DNA of 63,805 bases, the filler included, from a bacterium (lineage in GTDB: Bacteria; UBP15; UBA6099; JAJRTR01): assembly GCA_024278215.1 (NCBI GenBank). It is 5 parts of 4 records of this genome, joined end to end, with 100 filler letters (N's around TTAATTAATTAA, not from the genome) between each part and the next. Parts side by side here need not be neighbours in the genome. Positions count along the whole stretch, not along the records: positions 1 to 23,488 come from JAJRTR010000174.1; 4 more parts are not named here. One strand, 5' to 3'. Of the stretch, positions 9,602 through 18,575 are shown piece after piece. How positions within the stretch are numbered: the stretch's first letter is position 1; each line of letters opens with the position of its first letter. Position numbers and translations under genes: made by a program. The notes beneath the pieces are model-generated. The model searched no databases. It saw only the letters and a program-made list of their open reading frames with translations, and had not been told where the DNA came from.

Positions 9602-10234
9602 TCAAACGACAAGATTATTGTTTATCGCGAACCGAATGATATCCACGTTTTTTCTAAGGCCCAGCTTTTCCATCATTCTTTTTTTGTGGGTTGCAACCGT
9701 TCCGGTACTCAGATTCAGTTCCTCTGCGATCTTCTTCTGTTTCATCCCTGTCGCGAGCTTTTTAAGTATCTGTAGTTCGCGGTCCGACAGATTTGACAGG
9801 TGTCCCCGTTTTCTCTGCCGATAGAGTTTGAGAGCGGTTTTTTCCGATATCGAAGGTTGTATATACATACCGCCGCGCGCGATTTTCATCACAATACCCG
9901 GCAGTTCGTTGGGCGAACTGTCTTTGAGTACATATCCGCTTGCGCCCGCTTTCATAACTCTTTCCGCATACTCTTCATCGTCGTGCATTGTTAGTATCAG
10001 TATCTTTAAATCAGGAAACACAGGGATCGCCTGTTTCGTCACATCGAGCCCGTCCATATCCGGCATGTCAAGATCAAGCACCAGAACATCGACAAACTCT
10101 TTTCGCAGGAGTTCAAGTGTTTCCCTGCCGTTGCCGGCCATCCAGACAACCTTAAGGTCCTTATGAGATTCTAAAATCCGGCGCACTCCTTCCCGCACTA
10201 TATCGTGATCATCCGCTATACCTACACATATCAT
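9602..10234 (-). CDS. NarL/LuxR-family DNA-binding response regulator
   Basis: REC domain (ADDHDIVREG, VLDLDMPDMDG, GASGYVLK) plus LuxR HTH (LSDRELQILKKLATG...IAEELNLS). Confidence 0.95.
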   Translation of the reverse strand: MICVGIADDHDIVREGVRRILESHKDLKVVWMAGNGRETLELLRKEFVDVLVLDLDMPDMDGLDVTKQAIPVFPDLKILILTMHDDEEYAERVMKAGASGYVLKDSSPNELPGIVMKIARGGMYIQPSISEKTALKLYRQRKRGHLSNLSDRELQILKKLATGMKQKKIAEELNLSTGTVATHKKRMMEKLGLRKNVDIIRFAINNNLVV

Positions 10235-10290
10235 AATTGAACCGCCTCGTCTGTTCTTTGTGGTTTGTAACCGTTTGCGGGATTGCAAAA

Positions 10291-10403
10291 TGAATTCCCG
10301 TTTTCACGGGAATGACATCCCGGAGGGCTTTCAATCGCAAGAAAGGTGGGAATCGCTATTATCAGTGATGAAACACGTCATTCCCGATAAAGCGGTAATT
10401 CAT
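10291..10403. repeat. Inverted REP doublet (GTCATTCCCG-N6-CGGGAATC type)
   Basis: GAATTCCCGTTTTCACGGGAATGAC and inverted GTCATTCCCGATAAAGCGGTAATTC. The same doublet occurs at 35509-35593. Confidence 0.75.
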
Positions 10404-10460
10404 ATTAACCCGGCAATCGTTATGTTCAGACCGTTTTGGCACATCATCCTGTGAACAGTT

Positions 10461-10489
10461 TAGCCCGCATTGGTGAAATATGCGGGCTA
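10461..10489. repeat. Family A hairpin with perfect 10-bp arms
   Basis: TAGCCCGCAT-TGGTGAAAT-ATGCGGGCTA. Confidence 0.75.
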
Positions 10490-10496
10490 TCGGAAT

Positions 10497-12707
10497 TTAT
10501 TGCCTCAAAGGAACAGTCAGTATAATAACCGTGCCCTTCCCCACTTCCGATACAAACTCAAGCGAACCGCCGCAAAGAAGAGCCCGCTCCTTCATACCCA
10601 GCAGCCCGAGCCCGTGAATGTTCTCTTTCTTTTTCAAAGAAAAACCGCTGCCGTTGTCTCCGATTATCAATACTATATTATCGTCCTTTTTTCTCATATT
10701 TATATTGATAATGTCCGCGCCGGAATGCTTGCCCGCGTTTGTAAGAGCCTCCTGCGCCACTCTATAAATACATATAGAGGATTCCGGTGATATTTCGTTG
10801 GCCTCAATCGAGGTTAATGATGATTGCACCTCGAACAGTTCGCGTTCTTTGTATTCATTCATAAGGTTCTGCAATGCTGTTGTCAACCCAAGATCGTCCA
10901 GAAGCATCGGGCGAAGACCTTTGCAAATTCTTCTCACCTCGGATGTGGCGCACAGCACCTTTTCATGAAGAATGTCAAGGGATTGAACAGTCGGCTTCTC
11001 CTGGATTTTTATCCAGCCTATTTCGAGCGAAAGACCGACCAGCGCCTTTCCTATCTGGTCGTGCAGTTCCCTTGACAGCCGGGCACGTTCATTTTCCTGC
11101 ATCGTGATAATTTTCTGTGAAAGCGCCCTTAGCTGCTGCTCGCTTTCGCGCAACGCTTCCTCCGCCTGCCTGCGCTCGGTGATGTCCTCTCCGGAGCTAA
11201 GTGTGCCTGCGAGTTTGCCGACACCATCTTTCAATAACGCATTATGCCATGCGATTATACGTTCCTCGCCGGATTTTGTAATCACCGTATTTTCGACATA
11301 CTCGACAAGTTCAATCTCGCCGGATATAAGTTGTTGAAATACCGATGCCACTTCTTTTCGCCTGTTTTGCGGCACAAAATTCTCGATCCAGTTTTTACCC
11401 AGTATCTCATGTTTCCGGCAGCCGAGAATCTCGCAGCCTTTCCTGTTGATCAGCTTCACTATGCCGTCCGCATTGAGTGCGACGAACATTACGCCCGCTA
11501 TATTGAGGTAGTTCTGCGCTGTGTCCCTCTGTTCCCTTATTTCTTTTTCGTCTCTTATGCGCTCGGTGATATCCTCGTACGTTATAAACTGTTTGCTGCC
11601 GTCCGGCGTTACCGACCTGAATAAAACATCCTTGATTTCATGATTTTTACACGTTACCTGAAATTCCCTCAGCCGCACCTCTCCGGGTTTCGTTTTCCGG
11701 AGGTCTTCCTTCCAGACCTCGATCACTTCTTTTCTGTATGGTTCGTCAGGGAAAGCCTGCCTGAACCATTCCCTGCCGTCCGGAATATCATCAAGGGTAT
11801 AACCAAAAACATCGGTAAAGACAGGGTTTAAATAATCATATTTTCCTGAAGCGCCTATTATGGAAATCGGAAAAGGGGATAATTCCGCGAGGCTCCTGAA
11901 GCGTTCTTCGCTCTCGCGGAGTTTTTTCTGTGCGGCTCTCTCCTTCGTCTGGTCGCGAAAGACCAGAACCACACCCGTGATATTGCCCTTCGCGTCACGT
12001 ATAGGCGCTCCGCTGTCGGCAATGGGGATATCATCTCCATTGCGCCGGACAAGTGATGTATGGTTGGCAAGCCCCACCACAACACCCTCCCGCACGACAC
12101 GGCGTACAGGGTTTTCGACAGGCAGAAGTGTGTCCTCATTTATGATTTTAAAAACTTCTTCAAGAGGCCTTCCGGCTGCCTCATCCATCTGCCAGCCGGT
12201 CAGTGATTCGGCTTCGGCATTAAGTATTCGTATTTTCCCCTCATGGTCTGTGGTAATCACTGCGTCACCGATGCTCATCAGGGTGACCCGGAACCGTTCT
12301 TCACTTTCCTGCAACATATTTTCAGCAACTTTTCTTGAGAAACACTTCCTGATGACGGCAACGATTCCACCGACATCCACCGGCTTGTTTTCATAAGAGA
12401 TAAGACCTTCTTTACCCACTAAAGATACTGCGTCTTTCAGCGTTGCACTCTCCGCTATTATGATCCCCTTAATATCCTGATTGACAGCTCTCAGTTCCGA
12501 GAGCAATTCATCTCCCGTCCTGTCGGGAAGGCTCGAATCAATTATCGCAATATCAAAGTTTTTCTTTTTGCAAACGTCCAGCGCATCACCGGCATTAATT
12601 GCGGTCAGGGTAAAAAAACCTTCAGCTTCCATGCTGTTTCGCAGTGACTCTACAAAATCTCTGTTGTTGTCAATAATAAGTATCCTTGCTTGTTTCTTGA
12701 TATCCAT
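10497..12707 (-). CDS. Soluble sensor histidine kinase: REC + 3 PAS/PAC + HisKA_3 + HATPase
   Basis: N-terminal receiver, three PAS repeats, ERARLSRELHDQIG H-box, QEALTNAGKHS, DNGSGF and GLGLLGMKER. Confidence 0.93.
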   Translation of the reverse strand: MDIKKQARILIIDNNRDFVESLRNSMEAEGFFTLTAINAGDALDVCKKKNFDIAIIDSSLPDRTGDELLSELRAVNQDIKGIIIAESATLKDAVSLVGKEGLISYENKPVDVGGIVAVIRKCFSRKVAENMLQESEERFRVTLMSIGDAVITTDHEGKIRILNAEAESLTGWQMDEAAGRPLEEVFKIINEDTLLPVENPVRRVVREGVVVGLANHTSLVRRNGDDIPIADSGAPIRDAKGNITGVVLVFRDQTKERAAQKKLRESEERFRSLAELSPFPISIIGASGKYDYLNPVFTDVFGYTLDDIPDGREWFRQAFPDEPYRKEVIEVWKEDLRKTKPGEVRLREFQVTCKNHEIKDVLFRSVTPDGSKQFITYEDITERIRDEKEIREQRDTAQNYLNIAGVMFVALNADGIVKLINRKGCEILGCRKHEILGKNWIENFVPQNRRKEVASVFQQLISGEIELVEYVENTVITKSGEERIIAWHNALLKDGVGKLAGTLSSGEDITERRQAEEALRESEQQLRALSQKIITMQENERARLSRELHDQIGKALVGLSLEIGWIKIQEKPTVQSLDILHEKVLCATSEVRRICKGLRPMLLDDLGLTTALQNLMNEYKERELFEVQSSLTSIEANEISPESSICIYRVAQEALTNAGKHSGADIININMRKKDDNIVLIIGDNGSGFSLKKKENIHGLGLLGMKERALLCGGSLEFVSEVGKGTVIILTVPLRQ

Positions 12708-12838
12708 TGTCTCACCATTCCGTTCATTATCGGTTATTAACCGAATTGATAGTGCATTTTTTTCATTCTTATTACGCACCGTCTGCTGGGCGACCGGTCA
12801 TGATAAATACTGCCTGATCTGTATCGATTCTTTTATTT

Positions 12839-12860
12839 CCTAACCCGGCAAAGCCGGAAC
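12839..12860. repeat. Short repeat CCTAACCCGGCAAAGCCGGAAC (second copy at 43186-43207)
   Basis: 21 of 22 positions identical between the copies, with an internal CCGGC-AAA-GCCGG hairpin. Confidence 0.6.
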
Positions 12861-12920
12861 TGAAAATTTTACCCCGGAATTCTTAACCATTCTGAAGGTA
12901 GAGCTTCACTTGAAAGCTAC

Positions 12921-13184
12921 TAGTGTCGTGTCACACTTGTAAATGCGCAAGGTGTGTTGGGCGGGTGCACCGTACCTCTGCCTGATCATATTTCTCTTAA
13001 AGGAATCCGGATATGGTAATCAAGCCCTGCACAAATACCAACATATTTTTGTGTCGGCTCAGAGTCTCTAAGAAATATATATATGTAACACTTTGTCCGG
13101 CTTAAGTGAAATCATGGAATCCCCGGGACATGACCGGAATTCTGACAAAATATTCAAAAATACACAAGTTTGGATACAATACTG
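12921..13184. mobile_element. Family B MITE-like element
   Basis: Left end TAGTGTCGTGTCACACTT and degenerate right end AAGTTTGGATACAATACTG. The first ~70 bp are homologous to 5680-5751. Confidence 0.5.
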
Positions 13185-13252
13185 CTTGCTTTAGAGCACG
13201 AAGCGCTTTGGAGTGCGTTGATTCATCACCGCCTCGCCATTCCACCGGGAAT

Positions 13253-13457
13253 TAACCCGTATATTTCACCAATGCGGGCCAAAAATCGGGAGAATGCCTG
13301 TAATACAAGGTGCGGCAAGTGAGTGGTGAGGGAGCAGCCGGCCAGCCAGCCTCTTGCACAAAATGCAGGTATGTGACCGATCCCGAATCGCCGCCGCAAC
13401 GCAGTAGAATAGGCGTTATTGCGATTTTCTGGATTTCTTTGTGAGAAATCCGGGCTA
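13253..13457. mobile_element. Family A longest copy (about 205-bp MITE-like element)
   Basis: Ends TAACCCGTATATTTCAC and reverse complement TAGCCCGGATTTCTCAC. Internal segment CGCAGTAGAATAGGC is shared with the 9424 copy. Confidence 0.65.
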
Positions 13458-13516
13458 ATTTAGCAGCAATGAGTTTAGATAAGAACACAAATGCGAAACC
13501 AGAACTGAAAAAAGAA

Positions 13517-14113
13517 TCAGTCTTCAGTTAATTCGACTTCGATAAGGTCGCAGACAACATGGATTATGAAGCTGTGAGTTTCCTGAATGCGGGGTGTATG
13601 GGTGGAATCTGCATCGAGGAGAATGTCGGCAAGCCCGGCCATTCTGCCGCCGCCTCTGCCTGTGAGCGCTATTGTTTTCATTCTTTTTGCCCGGGCTGCC
13701 TGTAATGCTTTTATTACATTCGGAGAATTGCCGCTTGTGGAAATTCCAAGGAGAACATCCTGTTTGTTACCGTGTGCGATGACTTGCCGTTCGAAAACAT
13801 AATCGAAGCCGTAGTCGTTTGCGACACTCGTTAATATCGAAGTATCTGTGGTAAGAGCGATTGCGGGCCATGCGTCGCGCTCGCGGAGGAACCTGCCGAC
13901 TATTTCGGCTGCCATGTGTTGTGAATCGGCAGCGCTGCCGCCGTTGCCGCACAGGAGAAGTTTGCCGCCGCCGCTTATGCTCGATGCGATCATTGCCGCT
14001 GCCGCCGCTATTTCACCCGCGAGCCGCCCCGCGGTTTCTTCGAGCGCTCTCGCGGATTCGACGGTTGCGTCATTTATTATTTCGATTGCTTTTTTCGTGT
14101 CCATTCCTGTCAC
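13517..14113 (-). CDS. gmhA: Phosphoheptose (sedoheptulose-7-P) isomerase
   Basis: CGNGGSAADSQHMAAE, NDYGFDYVFERQ, ISTSGNSPNV and TPRIQETH motifs. Confidence 0.95.
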   Translation of the reverse strand: MTGMDTKKAIEIINDATVESARALEETAGRLAGEIAAAAAMIASSISGGGKLLLCGNGGSAADSQHMAAEIVGRFLRERDAWPAIALTTDTSILTSVANDYGFDYVFERQVIAHGNKQDVLLGISTSGNSPNVIKALQAARAKRMKTIALTGRGGGRMAGLADILLDADSTHTPRIQETHSFIIHVVCDLIEVELTED

Positions 14114-15153
14114 AGAACCCGCTTGAGATTATCGGTGTTCGATCTGCCGGGAATGCGTCCCCTTTTGGCAATCGGTTTCCCGTTGACCTCTTTGATATCC
14201 ATGGTCATGTCTATCGGCGCGGCACATGAAATGTAGCTTCCGACACCGAAAACCTCGGCGCCGTATAATTTAAGTTCTCGAATCCTGTCGGGATGAAGTC
14301 CGCCGGAAACAACAATTTTTACCTTATTGAATCCCGCCAGATCAAGTCTTTTGCGGACTTCGTCTACAAGCTGCGGACTCACCCCGCCACGCTCCGATGG
14401 GGTGTCGAGCCGCACACCCGCAAGTTTATCCTTCAGCGCTTCCGCCACACGAAGCGACTCTTCCGCTTCATCTTTGAATGTGTCCACGAGTATGATTCTC
14501 GGCACGGATTCATCCACATATTTGTCGAAAGCTTTCGATATCGCGACAGTATCGCCGGCAATAATTATCGCAGCGTGGGGGATGGTGCCGGTGGGCATGG
14601 CACCCGCGAGCAGAGCGCCGATGACACAACTGCAACCGTCTACACCGCCGATCATTGCTGCCCTCTCCATCGCGGGGGCTACCGCCGGGTGTATGTGGCG
14701 CGCTCCGAAGCATATTACCTGCGAATCGCCTCCGGCCTCCTTGCATTCCGATGCCGCCGTAGCCCAGGCTGTCGACGATGCCGCCATGCCGAGCAGTGCG
14801 GTTTCGTATATTCCGAAGTTACCGTAGGGGCCGATAATCTGCATCAGAGTCGCACCCTTTTCAAACCGCGCGCCGTCCGGCAGGGAATAGAACTCGACTT
14901 CTCTGCCCGCGAGCAGCCTCCTGACTTCCTCGCCGCCGCAAAATATACCGCTTTTGCGGCAGAAAACCTCGGTGACTACCGGCGTGTCGTCGAGACCTAA
15001 ATGTTTCAGGATTTTTTTTGCTCGCAGAAAGTATACGTCGGATGTAGCGCCCGACAATATTTCTTCATGTGTGGCCGAGAAAAATCTTTTATCGTCTGAT
15101 ATGTCAAGATTTTTTATATCATCAGTTGATTCCAGCATAAAGGAAATCCCCAT
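14110..15153 (-). CDS. pncB: Nicotinate phosphoribosyltransferase (short type)
   Basis: TSDVYF, FGARHIHP, GTIPHA, LVDTFKDE, VRLDTPSERGG, VSGG and FGVGSYI motifs. Start uncertain (15153 or 15138). Confidence 0.88.
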   Translation of the reverse strand: MGISFMLESTDDIKNLDISDDKRFFSATHEEILSGATSDVYFLRAKKILKHLGLDDTPVVTEVFCRKSGIFCGGEEVRRLLAGREVEFYSLPDGARFEKGATLMQIIGPYGNFGIYETALLGMAASSTAWATAASECKEAGGDSQVICFGARHIHPAVAPAMERAAMIGGVDGCSCVIGALLAGAMPTGTIPHAAIIIAGDTVAISKAFDKYVDESVPRIILVDTFKDEAEESLRVAEALKDKLAGVRLDTPSERGGVSPQLVDEVRKRLDLAGFNKVKIVVSGGLHPDRIRELKLYGAEVFGVGSYISCAAPIDMTMDIKEVNGKPIAKRGRIPGRSNTDNLKRVL

Positions 15154-15202
15154 AAAAAAGCTGTTGTAAAGTTGATACGCCGGGCAACAGCCCCGCATTT
15201 GG

Positions 15203-15439
15203 TCAGAAGAATCTCGGGATCAGGATTGCGCTGAGGAATGAAGTCGCGAGGAAACCCCATGCAAGGTAAGTGATCCATTTTTCAATCAAGCCCTCGATGC
15301 CTTTCGAGCCGCTGCCGCGAAAAACTTCGCTTCCTCCGCCGAGCGCTCCAAGACCTTCGCTTTTTGATTCCTGGATCAGTATTGCACCGACAAAAACGAT
15401 AGTGATGAAGAAATGAACTACAAAAAATAATGTTCGCAT
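15203..15439 (-). CDS. secG: Preprotein translocase subunit SecG
   Basis: Two TM helices flanking ILIQESKSEGLGALGGGS. Confidence 0.9.
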   Translation of the reverse strand: MRTLFFVVHFFITIVFVGAILIQESKSEGLGALGGGSEVFRGSGSKGIEGLIEKWITYLAWGFLATSFLSAILIPRFF

Positions 15440-15453
15440 ACAAAGACTCCTGC

Positions 15454-17145
15454 CTAATTATATTCAGGATCCGCAGATTTTACAGACACCTGTTTGTCAT
15501 CAAAATACCCCATATCGAGCGTTTTGCGCAGCACCTCGAGGGCAAGCGGAAGCGCGTCCGATGAGCCGTGCCCGCCGTTCTCGACAAAAACCACGAAAGA
15601 AAAGACCGGGTCTTCATACGGTACGAAACCGACGTACCATGCGTGATCCGTCCTGGGCGGGTCCTCGGCTGTGCCGGTCTTGCCTGCGGACGCGTAAGGG
15701 AAGCGTAACATGCGCACCGAGGTGCCTTCCACAACCGCGCCGCGCATTCCCGATCTTACCAGGTCGATTGTCTTCTTGCTGATCTCCAGTTTTTTCGGCA
15801 ACCTGTACCCGCTTTCGACAATGTGTGGTGTCACAACGCTTCCATGTGTCGCGAATACATTCGCCATAACCAGCGCTTGCAGGGGCGACACCTGTATGAA
15901 GCCCTGGCCGATACTGTAGTTTACAGTGTCGCCGTCGTACCAGATATCGCCCCGGAAATTCTTTTTCCATTCCGGGTCCGGCAACAGGCCGATAGATTCG
16001 CCGGGCAAGTCGATTCCGGTCTTGTGTCCAAGCCCCAATATTTTAGCATACTTCTTTATGTTTGTAACCCCCAGCTTGTAGCCCATCGTATAAAAGAACA
16101 CATCGCAGGAATGCGCTATAGCGTCCTCGATCGCTATATTCCCATGGCCGGCCTTTTTCCAGCACTTGAAAGTGCGTCTGCCGAGCCGGAACCAGCCCGG
16201 ACAGAAAACAGTGTCTTTCTCCCCGATCACGCCCTCTTCGAGCGCGGCGGTGGCGACAACCATTTTAAATACCGAACCGAGAGGCACTGCGATACTCATT
16301 GCCCTGTTGATCAGCGGGTGCATCGGATCGTTCTGAAGTCTGCGCCATGTTTCTATGTCGAATCCGCCGACTGCTGTATTATTGTCGAACGAAGGATATG
16401 TCGCCATTGCATAGACAGCGCCCGTGTGTGGATTCATAAACACGACGGCGCCGGGCTTACCCCTGTCGCGCAGCGCCTGGTATGCGGCGTTCTGTATTCT
16501 CATGTCGATCGTTGTTTTCAGAGTGCCGGCGCCCGTCGGCGGTTTCATGCCGGGACTTGTGAGGAACCGGCCGTGCGAGTCCACATGAAGGAGTTTCCGG
16601 CCCCACGCGCCGGTGATTCTCATTTCATATTCTTTCTCGAGTCCGCTTTTACCGATCCTCGCGCCGGGTTTGTAACCGTGGGGTCTCATTACTCTCAGTT
16701 CCTTTTTGCTGATCTCGCCGACATATCCCGTTATCTGTGAAACGCTTTCTCCGGCAGGATAGTACCGCCTGGGAACAGCCTCGATATAGCTGTCCTTGGT
16801 TACGCCCTTTTCGGCAATAGCAGATGCGCGTTTAAAATCAATTTCTGTATCCTCCCACCTGCCGTTTGTCAGTATCCTGACCTGCCTGAATTTCGGGGTA
16901 TCTACCGCAAGGTATTCGCCGTTCCTGTCTACAATCGACGCCCTGACAGGGCCGAGGGGAATAGACCTGGAGCTGTTGCGTTCGGCCAGAGCGTCATATT
17001 TTTTATGATCCGTTGTCTGCAACCGCACCATATCTACAAATACCGCAGCAAAAAACAATGTAAAAACCAGCAACAGGATATTCAGTCTTGTGCTGCCTGC
17101 CCTGCGCGCCCGTACATCCACCAGTGTCCTGAGAGTCTCACGCAT
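15454..17145 (-). CDS. mrdA: Penicillin-binding protein 2 (class B)
   Basis: N-terminal TM, GKSGLEKEYE, GSVFK (SxxK), SCD (SxN position) and KTGTAE. Lies downstream of mreBCD. Confidence 0.92.
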   Translation of the reverse strand: MRETLRTLVDVRARRAGSTRLNILLLVFTLFFAAVFVDMVRLQTTDHKKYDALAERNSSRSIPLGPVRASIVDRNGEYLAVDTPKFRQVRILTNGRWEDTEIDFKRASAIAEKGVTKDSYIEAVPRRYYPAGESVSQITGYVGEISKKELRVMRPHGYKPGARIGKSGLEKEYEMRITGAWGRKLLHVDSHGRFLTSPGMKPPTGAGTLKTTIDMRIQNAAYQALRDRGKPGAVVFMNPHTGAVYAMATYPSFDNNTAVGGFDIETWRRLQNDPMHPLINRAMSIAVPLGSVFKMVVATAALEEGVIGEKDTVFCPGWFRLGRRTFKCWKKAGHGNIAIEDAIAHSCDVFFYTMGYKLGVTNIKKYAKILGLGHKTGIDLPGESIGLLPDPEWKKNFRGDIWYDGDTVNYSIGQGFIQVSPLQALVMANVFATHGSVVTPHIVESGYRLPKKLEISKKTIDLVRSGMRGAVVEGTSVRMLRFPYASAGKTGTAEDPPRTDHAWYVGFVPYEDPVFSFVVFVENGGHGSSDALPLALEVLRKTLDMGYFDDKQVSVKSADPEYN

Positions 17146-17252
17146 TTTATGCTTTACTCTTTTTCATTCGCTTATGTGCGATACAGTATTACTGCCCCGG
17201 CCTGCATGACAAACCGGACATGAAACGTTTCGCCTCAAAATAAAATATCTTA

Positions 17253-17738
17253 TTACATTTTATACATAATCATTCGACCGCGTTCCCTGAAAATGATCAG
17301 GAATACAATAAATACCAGGAAATCCGCTGCGCTCCGGACCGCGAGGTAAGCGGCGATTGTGAAAACATTCGTCGGACTTCCGTTCAGAAGGTAGAAAAGA
17401 TAAATTTCGGCAAGCGCAAGCGGGATAAAGCATGAGATTTTGTGCATCGCGGAATCCTGTGTGTAGAACATTCTCCGCAACAGCCTCATAGCGAATACGA
17501 GCAAGACAAAGAGCAGTGTGTGGCACGGCACAGGTGCAACCGCGTCGAATATTATTCCGCCGGCTAGCGCAACGGCGAACGAACGCCAGTCCTGAACAAA
17601 ATATGCACACACGAGAACATATACAAGCACAAAATGTATATTATTTATCCAGGATAATGCCGCAGAGAAAGGGAACAGCTCCAATAATGAGAAGATGAGG
17701 AGCCATAGAATAATTACTGTCCAGTGTCTGTTTGCCAT
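17253..17738 (-). CDS. mreD: Rod shape-determining protein MreD (putative)
   Basis: 161-aa very hydrophobic protein with AGGIIFDAV, located between mreC and mrdA. Confidence 0.7.
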   Translation of the reverse strand: MANRHWTVIILWLLIFSLLELFPFSAALSWINNIHFVLVYVLVCAYFVQDWRSFAVALAGGIIFDAVAPVPCHTLLFVLLVFAMRLLRRMFYTQDSAMHKISCFIPLALAEIYLFYLLNGSPTNVFTIAAYLAVRSAADFLVFIVFLIIFRERGRMIMYKM

Positions 17739-18511
17739 TCGGGTTCCAGTAGCAGAATATAGGAAAGGTTGACGAGGTCGGCGGCTGGAGCGATCTCGAC
17801 GACAGGCGATAACTTCCTTTCATCGTGTATGACCTTACGAACCTTTCCGATGGGCAGTCCAACCGGATATTTGCCTCCGAGCCCTGATGTGACGACCATG
17901 TCCCCCTCTTTGATACTCACATAGGATGGCACCATTTTCATATTCAACCGACCGGTTCCGTCACCGTATATTATTCCATAGATTGGTGATTCACGCACAA
18001 CACCACTGACGGCAACTCCGTTGCCTGTTATAAGCCTTATGATCGAAGTCGATACGGTGACCTCGATTACCGTGCCGATGATTCCGTCGCCTGTGAGCGC
18101 TATATAATTTTTTCCCACACCTTCCGCTTTGCCTGCGTTCACCACAACTTCCCTGTTCCATGAACCCGGCGTTCTTCCCACCACCCTGCATCTTACGCTG
18201 TCCGTCGCGTTCGCGTATCCTTTCCCGGACAGGTCGCTTAAAAAAGCCAGCCGCCTGTTTGTCTCTTCCGCAAGTGCCAATTTGCGCAGCAATTCCGCCC
18301 TGTCGCCCTGCAACTCGATGACCTTCTTTTTTGCTTTTTCCGTGTCGCCATAGGGCAGAAATGTATTTTCGCCTATTTCTATCACTCTGCCGTTCACCTC
18401 GTACACAGCCATTTCGAACAGGCTCGAACGGCCGTTCCACCTGAAGAATGCGACGATGAAAAAAACGGCTGCAAACAATATTACAAATCTTAAACGTCCT
18501 GCGAGGAACAT
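17714..18511 (-). CDS. mreC: Rod shape-determining protein MreC
   Basis: TM, coiled coil, VVGRTPGSW, VVNAGKAEGV and VVTSGLGGKYPVGLPIGKV. Confidence 0.93.
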   Translation of the reverse strand: MFLAGRLRFVILFAAVFFIVAFFRWNGRSSLFEMAVYEVNGRVIEIGENTFLPYGDTEKAKKKVIELQGDRAELLRKLALAEETNRRLAFLSDLSGKGYANATDSVRCRVVGRTPGSWNREVVVNAGKAEGVGKNYIALTGDGIIGTVIEVTVSTSIIRLITGNGVAVSGVVRESPIYGIIYGDGTGRLNMKMVPSYVSIKEGDMVVTSGLGGKYPVGLPIGKVRKVIHDERKLSPVVEIAPAADLVNLSYILLLEPEWQTDTGQ

Positions 18512-18575
18512 AATATACCTGTATTAAATCAGATGCCTTAAATATGTGATGTAAAGACCTGAATGTCACCCGAAT

